A stretch of 63,270 bases of DNA, filler included. It is 8 parts of 8 records of this genome, joined end to end, with 100 filler letters (N's around TTAATTAATTAA, not from the genome) between each part and the next. Parts side by side here need not be neighbours in the genome. Positions count along the whole stretch, not along the records: positions 5,620 to 10,973 come from SRR31156797_40405; positions 11,074 to 16,891 come from SRR31156797_40477; positions 16,992 to 29,625 come from SRR31156797_40486; 5 more parts are not named here. One strand, given 5' to 3'. The stretch's first letter is position 1. Each line of letters begins with the position of its first letter. The notes beneath the pieces are model-generated. The model was not told the DNA's origin. It searched no databases and saw only the letters and a list, made by a program, of their open reading frames with translations. The position numbers were made by a program, and so were the translations under genes. Below, in pieces: positions 7,679-18,020 of the stretch.

Positions 7679-10603
7679 TCAGTTCTTTTTCATCTGATTT
7701 CGTCGAATAATGAGAAACATCAGGATAATCAGCATTGCAAAAACCAGAACAACTTTAAAATAAGCGTTGGGGTTTGGTGGAACCCCGATCGCTGATTGGT
7801 CTCCAACCACGGTAAGCCCGGCCCAGTATTTCGGATGGGTTTTGCCGGGCATAACAGTTTTCAGGAATTCAAGTTTGGCTGCTCTGAGTGATTGGTTTTT
7901 AGGCATCCCTTCCCTGAGGCCGGTATAAAAGGATGTTATGATTGTTCTTGCCGCTGCATCGTCAATGGGAAACAGGGAAATACCCACACTTTTGCATCCG
8001 GCATACCTGAACGCCCAGCCCAGGCTGATCACGCCTTCGCCATCCAGTATCAATCCATTACCTGAGCTGCATGCACTCAACATCACTAAATCAGCCTGCA
8101 TATCGCTGCAGCAAATCTCAGAGGTAAGAAAGGGCTCGTAGATGTTTTCTGCAGTATCGCCGGCAAGCATCAGGCCTGTATTGAACATCCCGGTGGTGTC
8201 TGTTCGGGTATGTGTAGCAAAATGAATTACCGAGGCTTTTTCCAGGTAAGGCTCAAGGCGGGTTTTTGTTGCCTGGCTTCCAGAAAGCAATTTCCCGCTG
8301 AACAAATCAGCCAGATATGCTGCTTCCCCGCCGGCCTCTACGATGGAACTCAAGTTATCCCGTACATGGGCAGCAGCACCAGTAAAATCAGGTGCTACTG
8401 CCACGAAATATTGGTTGCCCGTATCATCCGGCTGTATTTTCTCCCTGTCCGGATAGAGGGAGTGATGATAGCTGAACGTAAAATCATACAGCAGGTAGGG
8501 CAATTCCCGGTATGGCGTTCTAGGATCGGGCTTACTGCTCAGCAAAGCCTCAAAGGGCAGCAGGTTTAATTCACGGTCAGGCACCAGGATCAATTCCTTA
8601 ATTCCGCGCAATCCGAAAGTATCGCCCAACAATGTTTCCGTTAGTGTAGTTGCATGACTGAGATATGCTGTTTTAGCACTGGGATTGCTCTCCGTTGGAT
8701 TACAAAACGCCACCACCTGTCCCGCCATCTCCCTTACCTGATTTGCATTTTCGTTTCTCACCCAGTAAACCGAATCCGGGGTAAGCTGAACAATATGTAG
8801 CACGGTATCTTCCAGAAAGTAGCTGCAGAGCATTTGTCCTTCCATTATCCCGGACTTGATCTTCTCGTACGTCAGCATCTTAAATTGCCTGTCGATGGTT
8901 TCGGGATATTGCTGAAGAATAATATTTCTAACGGAGTCTTTTTGCAGGATCAACTTAAATAGTTGATCTTTCAGTCGCGCTGTTTCTGTGGTATTACCCA
9001 CATCCTCTTTTTGCTTGATTTCTGTGTGAAGGCTGTTGATCCGGTTAACCAGGGACGTGTTAAGCCGGGACAGCGTAACGGGTAGTTTTGCAGTCTGGTC
9101 CCGGGACGACATCATACTTTTCACCAGGAGGTATTTACCGGTTTCAGAAAACTGAAGTGCCTTTTCCAGGTAATAGGTATCATGGCGATCCTGGTAAAGT
9201 GCGTGGGCGGCATCCATTCCTGCCAGCATATATTTCCGGATTTCCTTTTTTAATACCGCCAGGCGATCCTGCATAAAAGTTTTGTTGTGAAGCCTGGCTT
9301 CCACACAATGGCCGTAGTAGTCGCAATTGGCCACAATCAGGCGGTTGACGGACTGCAATGAATCCCGGCTCAAAGGCTGTTGCTTTATAGCAATGAGCGA
9401 TTCCAGCTTGCGACTCATGATTTCGGGCAACCGCTTATCGGCATTAAAAACATCTGAAGGGTTGGTAGCATAATCCAATGTGTCAACCTCTTTGGTATTG
9501 CAATACAGTGCCCGCTGAAAATAGTACAGCGATGAATCGTATTTCTGGTATTTGTGGTAGGTTCGGCCAATGACCCAGTAATTGGTTAGTACCACTTTAT
9601 GATAATCACCATACTTAGCTTTATTCAATGTAAAGCCATGCTTATATTTTTGTAATGCCTTCTGATAATCTCTTTGACTATTCTCATAATAATTACCAAA
9701 ATTATTTAAGTGGTAAATATATGCCATGGTGTCCAATTCACTCAGGTTTAAATTACTAAAACTTCGCTCATCAAGTGTATATTCACCAATCTGATCATAG
9801 CAATAGTTTAAAACATTATTAATGTAAGACTCGAAAGCATTTCGGTCACTGGTCATATATTGCATTGCCTTATTAAAATGAATCACAACCTGTTGCCAAT
9901 CTCTCAAGGCATAATAAACCCGTCCAATATTATAGTTAAAATTAAACAGCCACCATCGATTTTTATTGGTCGAATTTTTCACACAATTAAGTCCTTCATT
10001 ACCATACAATATTGCCTTTTCAAAATCTCCTCTCTCCTGGTAGAATTGAATGAGATTTTGATACATATAGAGTATTGATTCGGAAGGATATTCAGTATCG
10101 TTTCTCTCAAGATCTAATGTTTTTAAAAAGTAATATTCAGCACTATCATAAAATTGCTTCGCTTCGTAATATTGCCCGATTGCGAGAAATAATCTTGCTT
10201 CATGCTCACTTTCATAGCTATGGTTTAATCTATTTGCCAGATTCAGATAATATATTGTGCTATCGATTTCTCTAAGACTTCGCCATGCATTCCCAATATT
10301 TATGGATATATCTATTAAATTAGAGGTGTCTGAGAATGAAAGCCCATAGAATATCCTCTGGTAAATTTGGAGAGAGCTATCATAGTTGCCTAAATAGTGA
10401 TAACAATTTCCCCTTCGTTTCAATAATTCGAAATCAAAACTAGAAGTTTCTTCAGTATTTAATAAGTCCAATGCACTCTGGTAATATTTCCGATCATAAT
10501 AATGATTAAAACTATCAATAACAGAGATATTCTGAGAATGTGCTATTGGGGCAATCAACCCAATAAGCACTTTAATTATCATTATGTGCCTGTATTTCAA
10601 CAT
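7679..10603 (-). CDS. Exported/membrane-anchored TPR-CHAT (caspase-like) protease
   Basis: Signal peptide MLKYRHIMIIKVLIGLIAPIAHSQ from 10603 (TAnnTTTG at 10615-10622); TPRs; LILVPD..L..LPFEAL; catalytic IHFATH and VMLSACSSG; HPKYWAG; C-terminal TM. Confidence 0.92.
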   Translation of the reverse strand: MLKYRHIMIIKVLIGLIAPIAHSQNISVIDSFNHYYDRKYYQSALDLLNTEETSSFDFELLKRRGNCYHYLGNYDSSLQIYQRIFYGLSFSDTSNLIDISINIGNAWRSLREIDSTIYYLNLANRLNHSYESEHEARLFLAIGQYYEAKQFYDSAEYYFLKTLDLERNDTEYPSESILYMYQNLIQFYQERGDFEKAILYGNEGLNCVKNSTNKNRWWLFNFNYNIGRVYYALRDWQQVVIHFNKAMQYMTSDRNAFESYINNVLNYCYDQIGEYTLDERSFSNLNLSELDTMAYIYHLNNFGNYYENSQRDYQKALQKYKHGFTLNKAKYGDYHKVVLTNYWVIGRTYHKYQKYDSSLYYFQRALYCNTKEVDTLDYATNPSDVFNADKRLPEIMSRKLESLIAIKQQPLSRDSLQSVNRLIVANCDYYGHCVEARLHNKTFMQDRLAVLKKEIRKYMLAGMDAAHALYQDRHDTYYLEKALQFSETGKYLLVKSMMSSRDQTAKLPVTLSRLNTSLVNRINSLHTEIKQKEDVGNTTETARLKDQLFKLILQKDSVRNIILQQYPETIDRQFKMLTYEKIKSGIMEGQMLCSYFLEDTVLHIVQLTPDSVYWVRNENANQVREMAGQVVAFCNPTESNPSAKTAYLSHATTLTETLLGDTFGLRGIKELILVPDRELNLLPFEALLSSKPDPRTPYRELPYLLYDFTFSYHHSLYPDREKIQPDDTGNQYFVAVAPDFTGAAAHVRDNLSSIVEAGGEAAYLADLFSGKLLSGSQATKTRLEPYLEKASVIHFATHTRTDTTGMFNTGLMLAGDTAENIYEPFLTSEICCSDMQADLVMLSACSSGNGLILDGEGVISLGWAFRYAGCKSVGISLFPIDDAAARTIITSFYTGLREGMPKNQSLRAAKLEFLKTVMPGKTHPKYWAGLTVVGDQSAIGVPPNPNAYFKVVLVFAMLIILMFLIIRRNQMKKN

Positions 10604-10651
10604 GTTTAATGCGTCAAAAATAATCTTTCTTCCTGGTTTTCCAAAAAAAAA

Positions 10652-10689
10652 TGTTAAAATTTCATGACAAAACCAACCCTTCCGGAACA
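10652..10689 (+). promoter_or_regulatory. Putative ECF promoter, copy B
   Basis: TGTTAAAAT-ttca-TGACAAAA-N12-GAACA, ending 55 nt upstream of the peptide ATG. Confidence 0.6.
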
Positions 10690-10744
10690 ATAGTGCAAAG
10701 ACGTCTTTGAAAACACATTTATTCATTTAAAAAAAAGAAAAATT

Positions 10745-10885
10745 ATGAAAGAGGAATTTTCAACCAACGAACCGGAAGCATTGAACGAAGCACTCATGAA
10801 ACAATTATTTGGTGGAGATGGAGGTGATCCGCCATCTGACCCTCCACCAGATCCACCACCACCACCCGATGACAACAATGGCTGA
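10745..10885 (+). CDS. 46-aa double-glycine-leader precursor peptide (not in ORF track)
   Basis: MKEEFSTNEPEALNEALMKQLFGG|DGGDPPSDPPPDPPPPPDDNNG*; hydrophobic residues at -12, -7, -4 plus GG; followed directly by a C39 gene. Confidence 0.85.
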   Translation: MKEEFSTNEPEALNEALMKQLFGGDGGDPPSDPPPDPPPPPDDNNG

Positions 10886-10916
10886 TTTTATGTATTAGGA
10901 TAATCAAACTGTAAGA

Positions 10917-10973
10917 ATGGAAATATCACACCTCCAACACGACAAAAAAGACTGCGGCCCTGCCTGTCTGCAA
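10917..10973 (+). CDS. N-terminus of a C39 peptidase / peptidase-containing ABC transporter (truncated by contig end)
   Basis: MEISHLQHDKKDCGPACLQ contains the Q-x4-DCGPACL catalytic motif. Confidence 0.85.
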
Positions 10974-11073
10974 NNNNNNNNNNNNNNNNNNNNNNNNNNN
11001 NNNNNNNNNNNNNNNNNTTAATTAATTAANNNNNNNNNNNNNNNNNNNNNNNNNNNNNNNNNNNNNNNNNNNN
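10974..11073. other. Artificial contig linker
   Basis: N run with TTAATTAATTAA. Confidence 0.98.
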
Positions 11074-13438
11074 GAACAAACCCTATAAAAAATCCGCCCG
11101 TATTGTCGGTGATGTCATCGGTAAGTATCACCCCCATGGTGATACCGCCGTGTACGATACCATCGTCCGCATGGCCCAGGATTTTTCCATGCGTTACACC
11201 CTTGTGGACGGCCAGGGCAACTTCGGTTCCGTGGACGGCGATTCTCCCGCCGCCATGAGGTATACCGAGGTCCGGATGAAGAAGATTGCCCATCAGATGC
11301 TGGCCGATCTCGAAAAAGAGACCGTGGACTGGATTCCCAACTACGATGAAACCCTGAGTGAACCGTCGGTGCTTCCGACCAAGTTTCCCGCCCTTCTGGT
11401 GAACGGTTCCTCCGGTATTGCCGTGGGTATGACCACCAACATTCCACCCCACAACGTCGGGGAGGTCGTCCAGGGACTGATCGCCCTTCTGGACAACCCC
11501 AACATCACCATCCCGGAACTGATGGAGCACATTCCCGGGCCTGATTTCCCCACCCATGGCCTGATATACGGCACAAAGGGAATCTATGACGCCTACACCA
11601 CCGGCCGGGGCATCATCTCCGTCCGGGCAAAGGTGGATGTGGAGGTGAATTCCAAGACAAAGGCCGAGACCATCATTGTGAGCGAGCTTCCCTACCAGGT
11701 GAACAAGGCGAAGCTTGTGGAGAAGATCGCCGAGCTCATGCGGGCAAAGGTGATCGAGGGTGCTTCCTTTGTCAGGGACGAGTCGGACCGCCAGGGTATG
11801 CGGATCGCCATCGGCCTCAAGCGGGACCAGATCGCCGAGGTGGTGATCAACCAGCTTTATAAGCATACCAACATGCACACAAGCTTCGGCATCATCTTTC
11901 TTGCCGTTGTCAATAACCGTCCCGAGCTGTTTACGCTCAAGGAACTCCTGGAGCATTTCATCAATCACAGGCGCTCGGTGATCATCCGGCGGACCCTGTT
12001 TGATCAGAAAAAGGCCCAGGAAAGGGCCCATATCCTGGAGGGGCTGATCAAGGCCCTGGATAACCTGGACGCTGTCGTGTCCCTGATCCGGGCCTCCCGG
12101 TCCCCTGAAGAGGCAAAGACCGGACTTGTTGAGAACTTCGAGCTCACCCCCGTACAGGCCCAGGCCATCCTTGAGATGCGCCTCCAGCGGCTTACCGGGC
12201 TTGAGCGGGACAAGATCAACGAGGAGTACGCCCAGCTGTTGAAGGATCTTGCCTGGTACAAGGAGATCCTTGAGAGCGACGAAGTGGTCAAGGGAATCAT
12301 CAAGGAGGAGCTGAACGAGCTCGTCGATGAGTACCAGGATTCCCGCCGGACGGAGATCGTCGAGGCCACGGGAGAGATCGGCATCGAAGACCTGATCGCG
12401 GAAGAGGATATGGTGGTCACCGTGACCCGAAGCGGCTATATCAAGCGAAACCCGGTTACCCTGTATGCCAGCCAGCACAGGGGAGGGAAGGGCAAGACCG
12501 CCATGGGTACCAAGGATGAGGATTTTGTGGAGCATCTGTTCGTTGCCTCCACCCATCACACCTTTCTTTTTATCACCAATTTCGGCAAGGTATACCAGTC
12601 CAAGGTGTACCAGCTTCCCATGGCCGGCAGGACCAGCCTTGGCAAGGCCATTGTCAACCTGCTCAACTTTGACGAGGGGGAAAAGCTCGCCACGGTGCTC
12701 ACGGTTCCCGAATTTGTGGACGGCAAATACGTGGTCATGGCCACCAAGCTCGGCCGGGTCAAGAAGACAGACCTCATGGCCTACTCACGTCCCCGGTCCG
12801 GCGGCCTCATCGGTATCAAGCTGGCCGAGGAGGACGAGCTGATCGCGGCCGGCATCACCGACGGAGATACGGATATATTCCTTGGCAGCGAAGGCGGCAA
12901 GGTGATCCGGTTCCACGAGAGTGATGTCCGGACAACGGCCAGGGGCTCCATGGGGGTCAGGGGCATGCGCATCGATGCCGGTTCCGCAGTGGTCGGCATG
13001 GAGGTCCAGAACCACGGTCACACCCTTTTGACCGTCACCGAAAACGGATACGGAAAACGAACCAACATCGAGGAGTACCGGACCCAGACCAGGGGAGGGA
13101 AGGGGGTTTTCTCCATCCGCACCTCCGAGAGGAACGGTAAGATGGTTTCCCTTCTGCTTGTGGGGGACGAGGATGAACTCATGCTGGTCACGGACAAGGG
13201 CAAGCTTATCCGGACCGGTTGCCGGGACATTTCGGTCATTAGCCGTAACACCCAGGGCGTGAGGCTCATCAACCTGGGCAACGGTGAACAACTCATCGCC
13301 GCGGCAAGGCTGCCCGAGGACGAGGATGACGACGAGACGCTGGACGCGTCCGATGCGTCTGACACGTCCGAAGAGGCCCAAGCCGTTGACCATGGGGAGG
13401 GCCATGAACCAGAAGAAAACGAAGGAGCACAAGGGTAA
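11074..13438 (+). CDS. gyrA: DNA gyrase subunit A (5' truncated)
   Basis: [26 protein letters not shown] catalytic Tyr, GyrA-box QHRGGKG, beta-pinwheel repeats, acidic tail. Confidence 0.97.
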
Positions 13439-14132
13439 AGGGCACCGGAAACGGCTGAGACAGCGGTTTATGGAGGGCGGTCTTGGGGGGTTCCATGATT
13501 ACGAAGTGATCGAACTCCTCCTGACCCTGTACACCCCGAGACAGGATTGCAAAGATAGGGCAAAAGCGCTGCTGAAGCGATTCAAGACCCTCCAGGGGGT
13601 ATTTGAAGCAAGTGTGGAGGAGCTGACCCGGGTGAAAGGGGTCGGCCCCACCAATGTCCTTGGCATCCGGCTCATCAAGGAGGCCAGCGACCGGTATCTT
13701 GAAAAGCGGATCCTTGCAAAGAGCGTTCTGAATAACTCCGGGGATCTTCGTTCCTTTCTCGACCAGTTCATCGGCCACAGGCACCGGGAGGTGTTTGTCT
13801 GTATCTTCCTGGATGCAAAGAACCGGGTGCTGGCAAGCGAAATCCTGTTCCAGGGGAGCCTCACCTCCTCAGCCGTCTATCCCCGGGAGGTCGTCGCCAG
13901 GGCCCTGGACCACAGGGCGGCGGCCCTGATCTTTGCCCACAACCATCCTTCGGGCGATACCTTGCCTTCGGGGGAGGACATCGCCATCACCAAGCGGCTG
14001 TTCTTTGCCCTGGCCCATGTGGGGATCACCGTGCATGAGCACGTCATCACCGGGGCTGAGAGCTTCTACAGCTTTGCGGACAAGGGCATCATTGCCGAAT
14101 TCAAAAGGGAGTTTGACATTCAACATGGATAA
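13404..14132 (+). CDS. radC: RadC / JAB-domain protein
   Basis: [24 protein letters not shown]...PS.ED; RBS GGGGAGG before 13404. Confidence 0.92.
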   Translation: MNQKKTKEHKGKGHRKRLRQRFMEGGLGGFHDYEVIELLLTLYTPRQDCKDRAKALLKRFKTLQGVFEASVEELTRVKGVGPTNVLGIRLIKEASDRYLEKRILAKSVLNNSGDLRSFLDQFIGHRHREVFVCIFLDAKNRVLASEILFQGSLTSSAVYPREVVARALDHRAAALIFAHNHPSGDTLPSGEDIAITKRLFFALAHVGITVHEHVITGAESFYSFADKGIIAEFKREFDIQHG

Positions 14133-14388
14133 CGATACAAGCGAACGGCCGGACTGTTTCGGAGAGCTTGAAAAGGTGTTTCCCATGGGCGATCGGGGAT
14201 TGCGGGAGACGCCGGACGACTGCATGTACCACTGCCCCTGCAAGACCGCCTGCCTTCGGGCTGCCATGGACGGGGCCAGGGGGGTAAAGGTGCAGGAGGA
14301 ACTCGTTGAGCGGGGAGAGGAGGCAGGCATGCTGACCTTTTTCCAGCGGTGGTCCAGGAAGAAACAGCTGGCAAGAAAACGATCCTGA
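14125..14388 (+). CDS. Small Cys-rich hypothetical protein
   Basis: PDCFGELEKVFPMG..GLRETP..C...C..KT.CLR; overlaps the radC stop. Confidence 0.7.
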   Translation: MDNDTSERPDCFGELEKVFPMGDRGLRETPDDCMYHCPCKTACLRAAMDGARGVKVQEELVERGEEAGMLTFFQRWSRKKQLARKRS

Positions 14389-14508
14389 CCCGGAAGGGTA
14401 CACTCTTGTGTTTACTTTGTTTCGGGTTGGAAGTAGTATAAAACATTACCGGGGGCCCGCAACCCCGGGCATAACCATAATATCTGGCGGGATGATCCGG
14501 AGAAGCAT

Positions 14509-15690
14509 ATGAAAACGGTAAGAGATATTGAGCTGAACGGCAAGGCGATTCTGGTGCGGGTGGATTACAACCTGCCCATGGACGATGACCTGAACATTGC
14601 CGATGACAACAGGATCAGGGCAACCCTTCCCCTGATCCAGTACCTTATGGACAAGGGCGGGAAGATCATCCTTGCCTCCCACATGGGAAGGCCCAAGGGG
14701 AAAAGAGTGCCGGGCCTGAGCCTTGCGCCGGCCGCAAAACGGCTTTCCGAGCTGTTGGCCCGACCCGTGGGATTCGTGGACGATTGCCTGGGTCCCGTGG
14801 TGGAAGAACGGGTGGCATCCCTTACCCCGGGGGAAATCCTTTTGCTTGAAAACCTCCGGTTCTATAATGAAGAGACCGCCAATGACAGGGACTTTGCAAA
14901 AAAGCTTGCTTCCCTGTGTGATGTTTATGTCAACAACGCCTTTTCCGTCAGCCACAGGGAGCAGGCGTCGGTGGTGGCCGTCACGGAGTTCACTGCCCAG
15001 GCCTGTGCCGGTTTTTTACTGGAAAAAGAGGTGAAATGCTTTCGGGACTCGGTTGAATCCCCATCGCGGCCGTTGGTGGCCATTGTCGGCGGGGCCAAGG
15101 TCTCAAGCAAGCTCGGCGCCCTTAAAAACATGCTCAAGTATGTTGACCGTCTCATCATCGGCGGCGCCATGGCCAACACCTTTCTCAAGGCCCGGGGGAT
15201 CGATACCGGCGCCTCCATGATCGAAGCGGATCTGGTTGGAACCGCGGCCGGCATTATTGATGAAGCAAAGGAGCGGGGGGTAGACCTTCTTCTTCCCGTG
15301 GACCTGGTGGTGGCCGACCGGTTCGATGCCGCTGCCGAAACACGGGAGGTGAGCGTTGACGCCATTCCCGGCACATGGATGGGACTTGATATCGGGCCTG
15401 AAACCGGTGCCCGGTTTGCCAAAGCCCTGAAAGACGCCGGTACCATCGTCTGGAACGGTCCCATGGGGGTGTTCGAGATGGAACGGTTCTGTGGGGGCAC
15501 AAAGACGGTGGCCGATGCCGTGGCCGCTTCCAGCGCCTTTTCCGTGGTGGGCGGCGGGGATACCGGCCTTGCGGTCAAGGTGTGCCGGGTGGCCGATAAA
15601 ATGAGCTATATTTCAACCGGCGGCGGCGCCTTTCTCCACCTGATGGAGGGACGTGAGCTTCCAGGGGTAGCCGTGCTTAAAGGGAGGTAA
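14509..15690 (+). CDS. pgk: Phosphoglycerate kinase
   Basis: RVDYNLP, SHMGRP, LLENLRF, GGAKVSSK, WNGPMG, STGGGA. Confidence 0.97.
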   Translation: MKTVRDIELNGKAILVRVDYNLPMDDDLNIADDNRIRATLPLIQYLMDKGGKIILASHMGRPKGKRVPGLSLAPAAKRLSELLARPVGFVDDCLGPVVEERVASLTPGEILLLENLRFYNEETANDRDFAKKLASLCDVYVNNAFSVSHREQASVVAVTEFTAQACAGFLLEKEVKCFRDSVESPSRPLVAIVGGAKVSSKLGALKNMLKYVDRLIIGGAMANTFLKARGIDTGASMIEADLVGTAAGIIDEAKERGVDLLLPVDLVVADRFDAAAETREVSVDAIPGTWMGLDIGPETGARFAKALKDAGTIVWNGPMGVFEMERFCGGTKTVADAVAASSAFSVVGGGDTGLAVKVCRVADKMSYISTGGGAFLHLMEGRELPGVAVLKGR

Positions 15691-15695
15691 CAGGA

Positions 15696-16760
15696 GTGGG
15701 GATGTTCTGCAGCACAAGAAACCGGCTGAGTCGAAAGGATAAGCTGAGGCGCTCCTATTACGAGCTGCTCCGGGATGAGATGGATCAGTTTGTCCTTGGT
15801 TACGCCCTGATCGACTCTTATAACAATTTTTTGCGGCAGAAGACCCCCTATCCCTTCGTGGAGACCCGGGAACTCAAACCCCGGGCCCGGATCCCCTCCA
15901 TCGAGTTTGATGCCCAGAATTCGTTCCTGGTGCTCTTCTGTGAGGAGTTTGTGGATGAGAGCCACAAAAAGTACATCCGCTACTTTGACGCCAACAAGAC
16001 CACAAAGACCAACCTGGTGAAGCACAAGCACTTTCCCGATGTGGAGGAGTATCACAGGAATCTCAAATACATCGATACCGACGGGTTCTTTGATTTCATG
16101 AAAACCCTGCTCCCGGTGGACTACGCCCTGTTGATCCAGCGGGATGTCCGCGCCGGCACCCAGGACAGGTACGCCCTGACCCATTTCCATGTGCGTATTG
16201 ACTGGCCCATTGCCGACGCGGCCGAGGAGCTTGGACGGGATCTTCGCTATATCTCCAAGGATCTCTACGAGAAGGGGGATAAATATGCCGAAAATTTCCA
16301 GAAGAAGTTTTTCGAGTACTACGGCATGCCGGTGATGGCAGGAGGCCGGAGAACGGCCGCCATTGTGGCTGCCCAGTACTTCAGGAAGCTTGACGGAATC
16401 ACTACGGTATACGTGGGAAGCAGCGAGTCAAGGGCCCTGTTGCGGATCGATGAAAACAGCATCTCCAAGTCGATCCTGGTGAAATTTACCCGGGACGAGG
16501 TGAGGGAGATCTCAAAATCCGCAAACATTACCCAGACCAGCTTTACCAAGAATTATGTGGTTGCCAGGGAGGGAAAGTACCTGGTCTGCATATTCAATGT
16601 CATTTATGCCTATACCCCCCATGCCCTGCCGTCGGAGGGAGGGCGGCTCAGGGAGCTGAAATTCGATACCAACTGGCTCACCGTGTCCGAGGAGCAGATC
16701 CTGCCCAAGCCCACGGTGTGGAAGTATCCCCCCATCCCATTTAAGATTATCTACGCTTGA
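15696..16760 (+). CDS. Hypothetical protein
   Basis: 354-aa ORF with RBS, directly downstream of pgk; no motif recognised. Confidence 0.75.
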   Translation: MGMFCSTRNRLSRKDKLRRSYYELLRDEMDQFVLGYALIDSYNNFLRQKTPYPFVETRELKPRARIPSIEFDAQNSFLVLFCEEFVDESHKKYIRYFDANKTTKTNLVKHKHFPDVEEYHRNLKYIDTDGFFDFMKTLLPVDYALLIQRDVRAGTQDRYALTHFHVRIDWPIADAAEELGRDLRYISKDLYEKGDKYAENFQKKFFEYYGMPVMAGGRRTAAIVAAQYFRKLDGITTVYVGSSESRALLRIDENSISKSILVKFTRDEVREISKSANITQTSFTKNYVVAREGKYLVCIFNVIYAYTPHALPSEGGRLRELKFDTNWLTVSEEQILPKPTVWKYPPIPFKIIYA

Positions 16761-16767
16761 TACCTGC

Positions 16768-16891
16768 CTGACCCCGGCTGATGTAGCCTTTGGATGTTTG
16801 CGGCTTACTTGTGATCAGGGTCCGGCGGTGCTATAGGCCTTGATGCCGGAAGCGCAGGTCAAATTTGCTTCGCTCGTATCGAAGGGGTCAG
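16768..16891. repeat. Short element with inverted ends (MITE/REP-like)
   Basis: CTGACCCC (16768-16775) and GGGGTCAG (16884-16891); the contig breaks at the right end. Confidence 0.35.
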
Positions 16892-16991
16892 NNNNNNNNN
16901 NNNNNNNNNNNNNNNNNNNNNNNNNNNNNNNNNNNTTAATTAATTAANNNNNNNNNNNNNNNNNNNNNNNNNNNNNNNNNNNNNNNNNNNN
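16892..16991. other. Artificial contig linker
   Basis: N run with TTAATTAATTAA. Confidence 0.98.
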
Positions 16992-17863
16992 AGGGTCCCC
17001 ATATCCGCAATCATCATCTGGATGGCCTGGTGTTTTGCCAGTGGGACCTTAAACTGGCGGCGCTGCCCGGCGTACAGAATCCCTTCCTCCAGTGCCGCCT
17101 GGGCAATCCCCAGGGCTTGAGCCGCGATCCCCATGCGGCCCGTATCCAGGGCCGCAAGACCGATTTTGAGACCCATGCCTTCCCGGCCCAGGAGATTATC
17201 GAGCGGCAGGCGGCAGTCATAGAGCCGTATGGAACTGACGGGGTTTGCCCGCATACCGCACAGATCCTCCAGGTCCCCCACCACAAACCCTTCGGTTCCC
17301 CGCTCCGCCACCACCACGCTGATCTGTTTGCGATCAGCGGACGGGTCGGTATTGAGGAATATGAGGCAGATGTCCGCAACGCCTCCGTTGGTCACGAATA
17401 CCTTGTTGGCGTTGACCACATAAGCGTCTCCATGGGACACGGCCGTTGCCTCAATACCCGACGCGTCCGATCCCGCGTTGGGTTCCGTCAGGCAGAAAGC
17501 GCCAATTTTTTCGCCACGGGCCAAAGGCGGTGCCCACCTTTCTTTCTGGGCCTGTGATCCGAAAGCCAGGATGGGATAGAGGGCCACACTGTTGTGGACC
17601 GTTACACAGAGCCCCAGGCTGCCGCTGGCCCTGCTGATCTCTTCAACGATAATGGCGTAGCTTAAGGAATCCAGTTCCGCGCCACCCAGTTCTCTGGGTG
17701 CCTGGATGCCGAAATATCCCAATTTTCCCATCTTTTCCACCACTTCCCAGGGAAACCGGGCCTCCCGATCAATCTCACCGGCAATGGGCCTGATTTCCCG
17801 TTCACAGAAGGAGCGAACGGCTCGCCGCACGATACGATGTTTTTCAGATAGTATACCGTCCAT
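16992..17863 (-). CDS. Acyl-CoA dehydrogenase (3' truncated)
   Basis: GAFCLTEPNAGSDA, KVFVTNG, GRMGIAAQALG, RRQF. Confidence 0.93.
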
Positions 17864-18020
17864 AAATTCTCTTTATTTCCAAAATCACAAGAAACCGGTC
17901 GAGACCTCAGGTCTCCGGTAAAGGTCGGGGATTAGGGTCGCTCGGGGAAAAACATTTAAAAGGGCAGGATAAACGACTGTTTCAGTCAGGCAAAACACCT
18001 TTATCAAGAATATGCAAAAG

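Noticed and set aside
10604-10726. 41-aa N-terminal extension of the CHAT ORF
   Set aside because: It overlaps the divergent promoter region; the signal peptide and TAnnTTTG element support a start at 10603 or 10582.
11074-11160. GyrA QRDR reads HGDTAVYD (Thr at the Ser83-equivalent)
   Set aside because: Thr is a common wild-type residue at this position; not evidence of resistance.
11018-13432. Long antisense ORFs (513 aa, 215 aa) over gyrA, and similar ones over pgk, rel and adh
   Set aside because: Shadow ORFs expected from high-GC3 codon usage; no motifs.
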